A stretch of DNA of 64,000 nucleotides from the NCBI GenBank assembly GCA_963517325.1, contig CAUQDR010000001.1, forward strand, positions 236,130-300,129, in the 5' to 3' direction. Shown here one piece after another: positions 10,184 through 17,799 of this stretch. Positions within the stretch are counted from its first letter, which is position 1, and each line of letters begins with the position of its first letter. Under the pieces are notes generated by a model. The model searched no databases. It was not told the origin of the DNA and saw nothing but the letters and a program-made list of their open reading frames with translations. The position numbers and the translations under genes were made by a program. The DNA is from an uncultured Candidatus Saccharibacteria bacterium. Its GTDB lineage: Bacteria; Patescibacteriota; Saccharimonadia; Saccharimonadales; Saccharimonadaceae.

Positions 10184-11197
10184 TTAAATTACATTATCAC
10201 TGGTTACGATTTCTGTTTGTTCGGTATTCTCAGAAAGGCCATTGATGAACGAATTAAATGCTTTTGGCGTTACACTCTGATTATATCCACCGGATAATAA
10301 TACTAGTGCCGGCGTATCTATCTCCTTTAACATACGTCCCATACTTTCATAATCTGCGTCTTGAAGCATGGTTAGTGGTGGAAGGTCTTTGTATTCGTTT
10401 ATGTGTCCGTCAAATCCTGCATCGATAATGAGGTAGTCTGGAGAAAACTGTTTTACCCCATCTAACATTTTTCTAAATATGGCAAGATATTCGGGCGCGG
10501 ATATACCAATCCGCAAAGGGTAGTTATTGATATTTTTGTATAAAATATGATCTACTGAATAACCGGTATGGGGCATAATAATATTGGGATCAGCATGGAG
10601 TGAATTATATAATATATCATCTCTGCCTTTTACGATATCCTGTGTGCCATCCCCATGATGAATGTCAAAATCTATGATAGCACTTTTTTTCCCGATTTTT
10701 GAAACCTGGTCTGCAGCGATTGCTGCATTATTAAAATAACAAAAACCATGGTAAAAGTTTTTTCCGGCATGATGACCCGGTGGGCGATTGATTGATATAG
10801 CCAACCTGGTATTTTGATTGATTAGGTTATCTAAACCAAGTAAGGCGCATTCTACGGACATTAATGATTCTTCAAATGTTCCTGGATATATTTCTGACGT
10901 TCCGACATCTTTATCTATGTCAAATTCTGTTGTCTGAGAAACGCCACTATTTGATTCCTTTGATGCTCTATATATTGCTTTTATCATAGCTTTATCATGT
11001 ACATCCATGACTGCAGAGACTGTTTCTCGATGTAGCTCAGTAACAATATTCCAGTTTTTGTCATCTGCGTTATCTACAAATAATTCCTCGACAATCCGAA
11101 AAACTCGTTCTGGGGTGTCCCATGGTTTTTCTTGATCATCCCGATATCCTGGATGATTGGAATGATTAGGATTATATAAAAAAAGTTTTTCACTCAT
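10184..11197 (-). CDS. histone-deacetylase-like amidohydrolase (AcuC / acetylpolyamine amidohydrolase family)
   Basis: 337 aa. Motifs PPGHHAGKNFYHGFCYFNNAAIAA and DFDIHHGDGTQ (zinc/catalytic motifs of the HDAC superfamily), and LSGGYN near the C-terminus. Confidence 0.88.
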   Translation of the reverse strand: MSEKLFLYNPNHSNHPGYRDDQEKPWDTPERVFRIVEELFVDNADDKNWNIVTELHRETVSAVMDVHDKAMIKAIYRASKESNSGVSQTTEFDIDKDVGTSEIYPGTFEESLMSVECALLGLDNLINQNTRLAISINRPPGHHAGKNFYHGFCYFNNAAIAADQVSKIGKKSAIIDFDIHHGDGTQDIVKGRDDILYNSLHADPNIIMPHTGYSVDHILYKNINNYPLRIGISAPEYLAIFRKMLDGVKQFSPDYLIIDAGFDGHINEYKDLPPLTMLQDADYESMGRMLKEIDTPALVLLSGGYNQSVTPKAFNSFINGLSENTEQTEIVTSDNVI

Positions 11198-11457
11198 CTA
11201 GTTCTCCAATATTGATATCCATTTTTATCTCTAGATAAAAACCCGCTTTCAACTAATTCTCTACGAAGAAGAGGCCAATCCGAAAAAGTATGATGATCTT
11301 TTAAAATTTGATTAATCTCAATTTCAGAATAAAATCTATCTTTATCAAAAAAATTTGATAAATACTCTAGAACCAATAGCTGTCGGGTCCTTTTGGAAGG
11401 CCAAGAAGAAACATTATTAAATTCATCAAGGAAATGTTTTATCTGTGATATATCCAT
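11194..11457 (-). CDS. DUF2087-domain protein (first gene of the NRPS operon)
   Basis: 87 aa. The pattern WPSKRTRQLLVLEYL...YSEIEINQIL...DWPLLRRELVESGFLSRDKNGYQYWR matches the DUF2087 layout. There is a 4-nt overlap with the HDAC-like gene. Confidence 0.6.
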   Translation of the reverse strand: MDISQIKHFLDEFNNVSSWPSKRTRQLLVLEYLSNFFDKDRFYSEIEINQILKDHHTFSDWPLLRRELVESGFLSRDKNGYQYWRTR

Positions 11458-11465
11458 TAAGGCTA

Positions 11466-11474
11466 ATTATACAA
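11466..11474 (-). promoter_or_regulatory. extended -10 box (TTGTATAAT) 8 nt upstream of the operon's first ATG; implies a leaderless transcript
   Basis: The reverse complement of 11466-11474 is ttgtataat. The ATG is at 11457 and there is no Shine-Dalgarno between them. Confidence 0.45.
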
Positions 11475-11698
11475 CATTTATATATATTTCTAATACTTTT
11501 AGCGTATCTCTCTATCTAATTTTCTAATACTCCTCAATAATTTATTCCTGAACAGTAATATCGTTTCTGTTAGTTTCTAAATTTACGGTAGGACTACACT
11601 TAATAGGTTTTTCTCTTATAGTTTAAATTCTTTGCCATACATCTATAGAACATGTAATTCAGTTATGTAATAGTGCTCTAGTAATAAGTCTTTTTAAT

Positions 11699-11910
11699 AT
11701 GCCGCGACATCACTTATTTCAACACCAAACTCTTTACCTATATTTAAGTAAAGTATTTTTTACTGACTACTAATTTTTTAATAATAGTGTCATAGCTATC
11801 ACCTTTGGCTCCTAATTCTATGAATTTAGCTTGTTTTTTTCTATTTTATTATCTATTTGAATAATCTCCTTTAGCTCAAGAGAGCGTATGTTATGACGAT
11901 AATCTAGCAT
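11699..11910 (-). pseudogene. frameshifted helix-turn-helix ORF fragments (possible recombinase/transposase remnant)
   Basis: Own translation gives three consecutive minus-strand frames: MLDYRHNIRSLELKEIIQIDNKIEKNKLNS*, then KKQAKFIELGAKGDSYDTIIKKLVVSKKYFT*, then LNIGKEFGVEISDVAAY*. Two segments resemble the HTH pattern G-S-x-x-x-I-A-K-x-x-G-V-S. No intact ORF. Confidence 0.25.
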
Positions 11911-11976
11911 ACAGATTCTTTTTATTCTGGGGTAATTAATTACCATTTTCTAGTTATTTGGGTTTGGGTCCATAGT

Positions 11977-12141
11977 ATGGATGTAAATACCGCCAGTCAG
12001 CTATATGATAGATTAGACGAGAACGTAGTTCGACTGGACGACGAAGCGAGTGAAAGAAAAAAGCTAGCTTTTTTCTTTCCGAGCGAGGAGGAACAGATAT
12101 TTTTCTCAGAGAGAAAAATATCGACTAGTCAGGCCGCTTAA
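11977..12141 (+). other. 54-codon ORF or structured small RNA ending at an intrinsic terminator
   Basis: An ATG..TAA frame reads MDVNTASQLYDRLDENVVRLDDEASERKKLAFFFPSEEEQIFFSERKISTSQAA. It has no SD. It contains a perfect 28-nt palindrome (12052-12079) and an 11-bp-stem hairpin (12097-12121). The terminator begins 3 nt after the stop. Confidence 0.25.
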
Positions 12142-12143
12142 AT

Positions 12144-12167
12144 AACTCCTTACGGAGTTCTTTTTTT
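12144..12167 (+). terminator. intrinsic terminator, copy 1 (aactcc-ttac-ggagtt + T7)
   Basis: 6-bp GC-containing stem, tetraloop and T-run. Identical over 28 nt to the copy at 12418-12442. Confidence 0.7.
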
Positions 12168-12417
12168 GTTGTACAAATTGTGAACGACTGGCGATATTGG
12201 CTTTTTGGGCCTGATTTGATATGATGTAGATAAATCACGACGCAGGGATGCACCGAACGGAGAAATGCCTAAGGCGAACCTGCTTTTTTGATTGTCAGGC
12301 TATTTCTTCTTAAACTCAATCTTGCTTCTTACGGCAGAATCGTCAAGATATACCCTATATGTATCGGCCATGCGAGGTTCATAGGGCGGCGATAGGCTAG
12401 ACGCACAACATTAAAAT

Positions 12418-12442
12418 AACTCCTTACGGAGTTCTTTTTTTT
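12418..12442 (+). terminator. intrinsic terminator, copy 2 (identical hairpin + T8)
   Basis: Same aaataactccttacggagttcttttttt sequence as copy 1. It lies about 10 nt upstream of a TGTGTAAAAT -10-like box for the next gene. Confidence 0.7.
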
Positions 12443-12538
12443 GCGTTGTGTAAAATGACAGGATATTATAAGCTTAAGACAAGAATAACAGAAGAGATAT
12501 TTAAGCCGTACAGAAATTAGTGATGGAGGAGATATAAT

Positions 12539-13612
12539 ATGATTTATCCAGGAAAAATAAAAAAGGGCGCTACGGTTGGGATTGTTTGTTTATCAAGCGG
12601 AGTGCTTGGGGAACCATTCGTAAAGCATGAAGTTAAATTAATCGAAGAGCGCTTGCCTAGAGATTTTGGGTTAAAATTCAAATACATGCCAAACGCGCTA
12701 AACGGCGAGGAATTTTTAAAAAATCATCCAGAAAAGAAGGCAGAGGATTTAAAATCAGCGTTTTTGGACGAAGATGTGGATATTATTTGGTCCGCACTTG
12801 GTGGTGATGATGCATTTAGGACGTTGCCGTATTTAATGAATGATGAGTTTGCTGAAATTATCAAGCAACACCCAAAACCATTTTTAGGATTTTCAGATAC
12901 CACTAATAATCATCTAATGCTTTATCAATTGGGGCTAGCAACTTTTTATGCACCATCATTACTATCGGATGTTGCCGAGCTTGGTCCAGAAATTTTTACA
13001 TATACTAAAGATTGGCTGAATAAACTTTTTGATTCAGATAAGAATATAGTGATTGAGTCTAGCCCGGTCTGGTATGAAGCAAGGACTTCTTTTGATGAGT
13101 CTCAACTAGGAGTGTGGCGTAAAGAGCGAAAAGAAGAACATGGACATGAATATTTGTACGGTAAAGGAGTGGTGCAGGGTGATTTATTGGGCGGATGTCT
13201 AGAAAGTTTAGCTGAAATGATTACGGGAGGACGGCATCCAGATCAAAAAGAAGTATACAAAAAATATCAAATTTTCCCAACAAGGGAACAATGGAGCGGT
13301 AAGATAGCCTTTATTGAAACCAGTGAAGAAAGACCTAGTCCAGAAAAGCTAAAAAGTATGCTGGAGGTATTAGAAGATAGAGGAGTTTTTAGTGCTATCC
13401 GAGGATTAATTATTGGAAAGCCGCAAGATGAAGTGTATTATCGTGAATACAAAGAAATATACACTGCGTTAGCGAAAAAATATAACCTACCGACAGTGTT
13501 TAATTTAAACTTTGGCCATACTGCTCCGCGTATGGTTCTTCCATACGGTAAGCCAATTAAAATCGATTTTGCTAAGCAAGAGATTCTATTAGTAGACGGA
13601 ATGTTAGGATAA
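12539..13612 (+). CDS. S66-family serine peptidase (LD-carboxypeptidase / MccF-like)
   Basis: 357 aa. Nucleophile motif LGFSDTTNNH and C-terminal NFGHTAP His motif. GGAGG SD 8 nt upstream of the ATG. Confidence 0.85.
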   Translation: MIYPGKIKKGATVGIVCLSSGVLGEPFVKHEVKLIEERLPRDFGLKFKYMPNALNGEEFLKNHPEKKAEDLKSAFLDEDVDIIWSALGGDDAFRTLPYLMNDEFAEIIKQHPKPFLGFSDTTNNHLMLYQLGLATFYAPSLLSDVAELGPEIFTYTKDWLNKLFDSDKNIVIESSPVWYEARTSFDESQLGVWRKERKEEHGHEYLYGKGVVQGDLLGGCLESLAEMITGGRHPDQKEVYKKYQIFPTREQWSGKIAFIETSEERPSPEKLKSMLEVLEDRGVFSAIRGLIIGKPQDEVYYREYKEIYTALAKKYNLPTVFNLNFGHTAPRMVLPYGKPIKIDFAKQEILLVDGMLG

Positions 13613-13721
13613 AAAATGAAAGAAATTAACAAAATGAATTATTCGGGGTTCGTTGGTTAACCACAGATTTAATTGGTCGTTAAAAATAGAAAATCAGTTT
13701 CTTTGGTAATCCAAGATACAA

Positions 13722-14867
13722 TTACTTGAACAGATTCATATATTCAGTGTATCTATAAAGTCGATTTCTCGAGAATCCAGTTATCTCTTCTAATATATTT
13801 AGTCTTACAAGCTCCTTGAGGAGGGTATTTGTAGATGTTATAGAAGTCTCTGTGATTAAGGATGCTTTTTTAGAATCCAAAATAGGCATCCCGTACATGG
13901 CATCTATTAGCTTGGAAGCACTTTGTGTTCTTTTTCCAAGACATAAAATTAACTGGTCGTTTTTTGTTTTTAGATCAAGTATCTTTTGCAGAGTATTACA
14001 TGATTCTTCTGCTGTCTTAGAAACAGCTACTAAAAAGAACTTAATCCATCGCCCAATGTCATTATTGAAACGAACGGCATCAAGCGCGTCGTAATATTGA
14101 GCTCTATTTTTTGAAAAATAATCAGAAAGATACAATACTGGCTTAGAAAGCTTATTCTTTTCAATCAGGAATAAGACAATGATTAACCTTCCTAGCCTTC
14201 CATTACCATCAAGAAATGGATGTATTGTTTCAAATTGATAGTGACTTACAGCCGCCTTTATGAGTAACGGGGTCATCATTGCCTTATCATTCCAGTAATG
14301 ATCTAAGTCATTCATTAAGTCATTAATCATATGTGGTGCTGGAGGAACAAAATGAGCATCGCGTATTGTAGCTCCGCCAATCCAGTTTTGTGTCTTTCTT
14401 AATTCTCCTGGAGTCTTGTATTCGCCTCGTACGCCGGAAATTAATACTTTATGAGTTGATTTTAATAAATTTGTAGCTAGTGGGCGCGAGTTTAACCTAT
14501 CAATAGCAAAGCGCATTGCTTGAATATAATTTTGAACCTCTTTCCAATCGTCACGTCTTTCGGGTTCAATGTTTTCTTCGTCCATTACGGCTTCGTCGAT
14601 CTCTGTGCGTGTCCCCTCGATTTTGTTTGAAGCAGTAGCTTCTTTTGTTTCATGCATAGTAATAAAAAAGTCAACATTTGGGACTAACTTTGCATATGCG
14701 TTAAGTTCACCAAGTTGTTGTGTAGCTTCTTCAAGAAGTAAATTAATGCTTGGATCATCGAGGGGTAATTGATCGGGTAAAAAATTAGGCATAAAATAGC
14801 TATATTGGAAGTCTGTTCTAGCGGACTCTGTAATAAATTTTCCTGATTCAAATTGCTCACTTATCAT
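13722..14867 (-). CDS. Fic-family protein (AMPylase type) with intramolecular inhibitory motif
   Basis: 381 aa. Fic motif HPFLDGNGRLGRL. An N-terminal SNKIEG matches the (S/T)xxxE(G/N) alpha-inh motif. The C-terminal region is wHTH-like. Confidence 0.9.
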   Translation of the reverse strand: MISEQFESGKFITESARTDFQYSYFMPNFLPDQLPLDDPSINLLLEEATQQLGELNAYAKLVPNVDFFITMHETKEATASNKIEGTRTEIDEAVMDEENIEPERRDDWKEVQNYIQAMRFAIDRLNSRPLATNLLKSTHKVLISGVRGEYKTPGELRKTQNWIGGATIRDAHFVPPAPHMINDLMNDLDHYWNDKAMMTPLLIKAAVSHYQFETIHPFLDGNGRLGRLIIVLFLIEKNKLSKPVLYLSDYFSKNRAQYYDALDAVRFNNDIGRWIKFFLVAVSKTAEESCNTLQKILDLKTKNDQLILCLGKRTQSASKLIDAMYGMPILDSKKASLITETSITSTNTLLKELVRLNILEEITGFSRNRLYRYTEYMNLFK

Positions 14868-14873
14868 AGCTTT

Positions 14874-14882
14874 ATTATAGCA
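14874..14882 (-). promoter_or_regulatory. extended -10 box TGCTATAAT, 6 nt from the fic ATG (leaderless)
   Basis: The reverse complement of 14874-14882 is tgctataat. The spacer is aaagct and the ATG is at 14867. Confidence 0.5.
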
Positions 14883-14911
14883 AAAAATATTTTATATTCA
14901 AGTTTAAGCCA

Positions 14912-14990
14912 TTAAGTTGGAATATAAATAATTATATTAAACTTTAGTGTTATAAGTTGGAATATAATAAAATTATATTAAACTTTAGTG
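14912..14990. repeat. two tandem ~39-40-nt direct repeats, each with an internal AT-rich inverted repeat (operator-like)
   Basis: Copies are ttaagttggaatataaataattatattaaactttagtg and ataagttggaatataataaaattatattaaactttagtg. The inner palindrome is aatataat/attatatt. The repeats lie 30-110 nt upstream of the fic -10 box. Confidence 0.7.
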
Positions 14991-15021
14991 CGACTTTTAA
15001 TGAAGATTATTTTCAGTCTTC

Positions 15022-15831
15022 CTAGTAGCTTCTCTGTTCTGGACATCCGCCTAGGACATTGTTCATAGCAGATTTTTCTGCTTCCGTCACCCAGAGATTA
15101 TATTTTTTCTTCACCGAAATTTGGCGCGCCACGTATTGGCAGCGAAAACTTTTGTTCTTCGGCAGCCAACTCGCCGCATCGCTATCGGATTTTTGTTGAT
15201 TAGCTGGCCCATCCACCGCGGCAAGATTTAGTGGGTCAGTTGCAATCTGAAATCTAATGTCACTACTGAGATACTGCGCGCCTTTTTGCCAGGCGTCAGA
15301 GAGCGCCACGATGTGATCTATCTGGATTTTCTTACCAATCTCTTCACGGCTCGAAAAACTCATCCAAGTTCCAGTGTACGGCTCATAAAAACTCCCCGAA
15401 ATTACATTGCACTTTTTGTCCGTCTTCGCCGTCTCGCCGAAATCCCGCTTCAAGATTCGTTGTCTCAGATTGCAACCTTCGATCTCTGGCCAATTCTTAT
15501 AAAACTCGGTTCGTTTATAGCCAGTCTTTGGTGCGCGGCCCTTAACTTCGAGGCTAGATAGAATCTCGCTAGCTAGTGATTTGGGATTTGAGATGTCGGC
15601 ATCATCCGTGAGATCCGTATGGTTAGATTTATCTGGATTGTTTTGAGCTTCTGTGGGTTCAGCATCACTCACGTTACCATGCTCGTCGGACTTAACGCTT
15701 TTACTCTGCTGTTCAGAATGGACCGGTGTGTAATTATAAGATTTTGGATTTAGTGCCACCGTCAGTAAGAATAAACCCAGCAAACTTAGGCCGGTTATTA
15801 TTCTTCTTTTTAATAAACGTCGATTCTGCAC
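15022..15831 (-). CDS. membrane-anchored/secreted DUF1524 (His-Me finger, GmrSD C-terminal-like) nuclease
   Basis: 269 aa. N-terminal TM/signal IITGLSLLGLFLLTV, then a low-complexity linker, then IQIDHIVALSDAW and NLAAVDGPANQQKSDSDAASWLP motifs. GTG start preceded by GAGGA. Confidence 0.72.
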   Translation of the reverse strand: MQNRRLLKRRIITGLSLLGLFLLTVALNPKSYNYTPVHSEQQSKSVKSDEHGNVSDAEPTEAQNNPDKSNHTDLTDDADISNPKSLASEILSSLEVKGRAPKTGYKRTEFYKNWPEIEGCNLRQRILKRDFGETAKTDKKCNVISGSFYEPYTGTWMSFSSREEIGKKIQIDHIVALSDAWQKGAQYLSSDIRFQIATDPLNLAAVDGPANQQKSDSDAASWLPKNKSFRCQYVARQISVKKKYNLWVTEAEKSAMNNVLGGCPEQRSY

Positions 15832-15919
15832 TAAATCCTCAATCTGATCTATTTTAATTCAATATGGTTTAACTTAACTGATATAATCTAGTCTAAATAG
15901 CTTAATCAGTAAATTAATT

Positions 15920-16987
15920 TTACTTAAAGCGCTTTGCGTATTCTACTACTGAAGCCAAATCTTCATCCTTGGTAAAATCAGCCGAGTCATCAATTGCAAG
16001 GAGGGAACTTAGAAGTACGCGCGCGTCGAGCAGGCCAGAGATTTTTCCTGCCTCATCCACCACCACAAAAGCTTGCGCATGTGAACGTAGTAAGGTGAAA
16101 AGCGCCTCATAGAGTGGGTAATCTTCGGAAAGATAGACGATTTTGCGATCCATAAAAGCGGAAGCCTGATCAGTGTCTTTAATATCAAGCTGGAAAAGTG
16201 TTTTGGCATGTAAAATTCCACTCAATTCACCACGGCGATCGACTACAGGGAACTGACTCTGGCCAGATTTATATAATCCAGATAAGGTCAGCGGTCCCAT
16301 GTAATCTTCTTCGCCCACGAACTTTAATTCCGCCTTTGGTGTCATAATATCAGAAACTTTTTTACTATCAAAACTCATTACCTTACCAAGAGTTTCTTTT
16401 TGAATAGCTGAAAGCACCGAGTTTGGCATCTTTTTAATCAGCCAAACAAAATCTTCCGTAGTCTCCGGAATAAATACTTCTGGCATGGCAATAGTATTCG
16501 CCTCAGCAGTGCCAATATAGTAATTGGTATTTTTTAGATAATCTGTCGCCTCTTCGCGTCTGGTTAAGGTCTCTTCGTTTTTTTCGTGATTAATCATACC
16601 ATCGCCATCGGTATCCGTGGCACGAGTTGATTCGAGTTCAGAATTCGAAAAATGGTTGTTGGCTAAATTAGCTCCACCAAATTGACTAAGAACACCAGTC
16701 TCATGTGTGGTTTCTGTTGATTCATTTTCTGCTTTATTAAATTTACGATCGAAAAATCCACGCTTCATTGGCCCCTCGAAGGAGTCCGCTTCTTCATCAC
16801 CGTCTTTGCGGCTCAAAAATTGTTTAATCGCACCGAAAAAGGCCGCTAATTTCACACCAATTTTTTCAAACCAAACTTTTACTCCGTGGGAAGATTCTTC
16901 ACCACTGAATACTCCAGTCGCGTTTTCTTGTTCGCCGTTAAAATTGGTCCTATCTTCTGTTGTATCTGTCATATTCGCCTCTGACAC
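15920..16987 (-). CDS. CBS-pair domain protein with long acidic disordered N-terminus
   Basis: 355 aa. The C-terminal ~130 aa has two CBS-like modules (DIMTPKAELKFV..., VVDEAGKISGLLDARVLL). GTG start with an AGGAGG SD. Confidence 0.65.
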   Translation of the reverse strand: MSEANMTDTTEDRTNFNGEQENATGVFSGEESSHGVKVWFEKIGVKLAAFFGAIKQFLSRKDGDEEADSFEGPMKRGFFDRKFNKAENESTETTHETGVLSQFGGANLANNHFSNSELESTRATDTDGDGMINHEKNEETLTRREEATDYLKNTNYYIGTAEANTIAMPEVFIPETTEDFVWLIKKMPNSVLSAIQKETLGKVMSFDSKKVSDIMTPKAELKFVGEEDYMGPLTLSGLYKSGQSQFPVVDRRGELSGILHAKTLFQLDIKDTDQASAFMDRKIVYLSEDYPLYEALFTLLRSHAQAFVVVDEAGKISGLLDARVLLSSLLAIDDSADFTKDEDLASVVEYAKRFK

Positions 16988-17029
16988 GGCTCCTCCTTTA
17001 GTCTAAAATATTACAACTTAGACAAAATA

Positions 17030-17038
17030 TGCTAATAT
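17030..17038 (+). promoter_or_regulatory. extended -10 box TGCTAATAT (leadered transcript, SD AGGAGG at ~17073)
   Basis: Sequence atatgctaatat is about 45 nt upstream of ATG 17084. Confidence 0.4.
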
Positions 17039-17083
17039 TTATATTATACAAAAAATCTACCAAAAGTAGAAATTAGGAGGAAA

Positions 17084-17779
17084 ATGCAAAAACTGATTTA
17101 CGGACTTTTAGGGGTGCTAGCTGTGGGATTCTTGTGGCTTTGTGGTAACGCGATTTCTTCAAATCTTGCTTATGACAATTGGATTAAGGGTCTCGACACG
17201 AATAAATATATTGCCGCCGACTCTCGTAATGGTGATATGGGCGATAATTACGAGGGTAATAAGGATGCCAAGGTTATTATCTCTGAATATGCTGACTATC
17301 AGTGTCCATTCTGTTCCACGGTTTTTCCATATCTCTCTGATATCGTCAAGGAATACGACGGCCAAGTCGGCCTGGTTTTCAGAAGTTATATCCTAAGTTA
17401 TCATCAAAACGGCACCGCCGCGGCTTCTGCGGCTAATGCCGCTGCCCTCCAAGGTTACTGGGAACCATACGCTAAGAGACTCTTTAAGGAGCAGTCAAAT
17501 TGGGAGTCTCTTTCTGTCTCGGATCGCGACAAGCACCTCCGTGAATACTTTGTCGAAGTTACTGAGGGTAAGGGCGATACAGAAAAATTCCTCAAGGATA
17601 TGAATTCCGATGCAGTAAAGCAAAAAATCAAGGCCGATATGGCTATCTCGAAGCGTCTTGGCGTTAACGAAACCCCGACCATCTATATTAATGGCAAGGC
17701 TTTCGAACTTCCTTCCGCTAAGGAAAAAGAATTCAAGGAGAAACTCCGCGAAGCCATTAATCAAGAGCTAAAATCTTAG
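17084..17779 (+). CDS. DsbA-family thiol:disulfide oxidoreductase, membrane anchored
   Basis: 231 aa. N-terminal TM and a thioredoxin CPFC active site (YADYQCPFCS). Confidence 0.85.
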   Translation: MQKLIYGLLGVLAVGFLWLCGNAISSNLAYDNWIKGLDTNKYIAADSRNGDMGDNYEGNKDAKVIISEYADYQCPFCSTVFPYLSDIVKEYDGQVGLVFRSYILSYHQNGTAAASAANAAALQGYWEPYAKRLFKEQSNWESLSVSDRDKHLREYFVEVTEGKGDTEKFLKDMNSDAVKQKIKADMAISKRLGVNETPTIYINGKAFELPSAKEKEFKEKLREAINQELKS

Positions 17780-17799
17780 TTTAGGCATATACTAGTATT

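Noticed and set aside
12172-12442. cis-regulatory leader (riboswitch or T-box, e.g. c-di-AMP ydaO type) controlling the S66 peptidase gene
   Set aside because: A -10-like box (TGTGTAAAAT, ~12447-12456) lies downstream of the terminator, so the peptidase gene appears to have its own promoter. I could not recognise T-box or ydaO consensus blocks. It is kept only as an unexplained structured unit.
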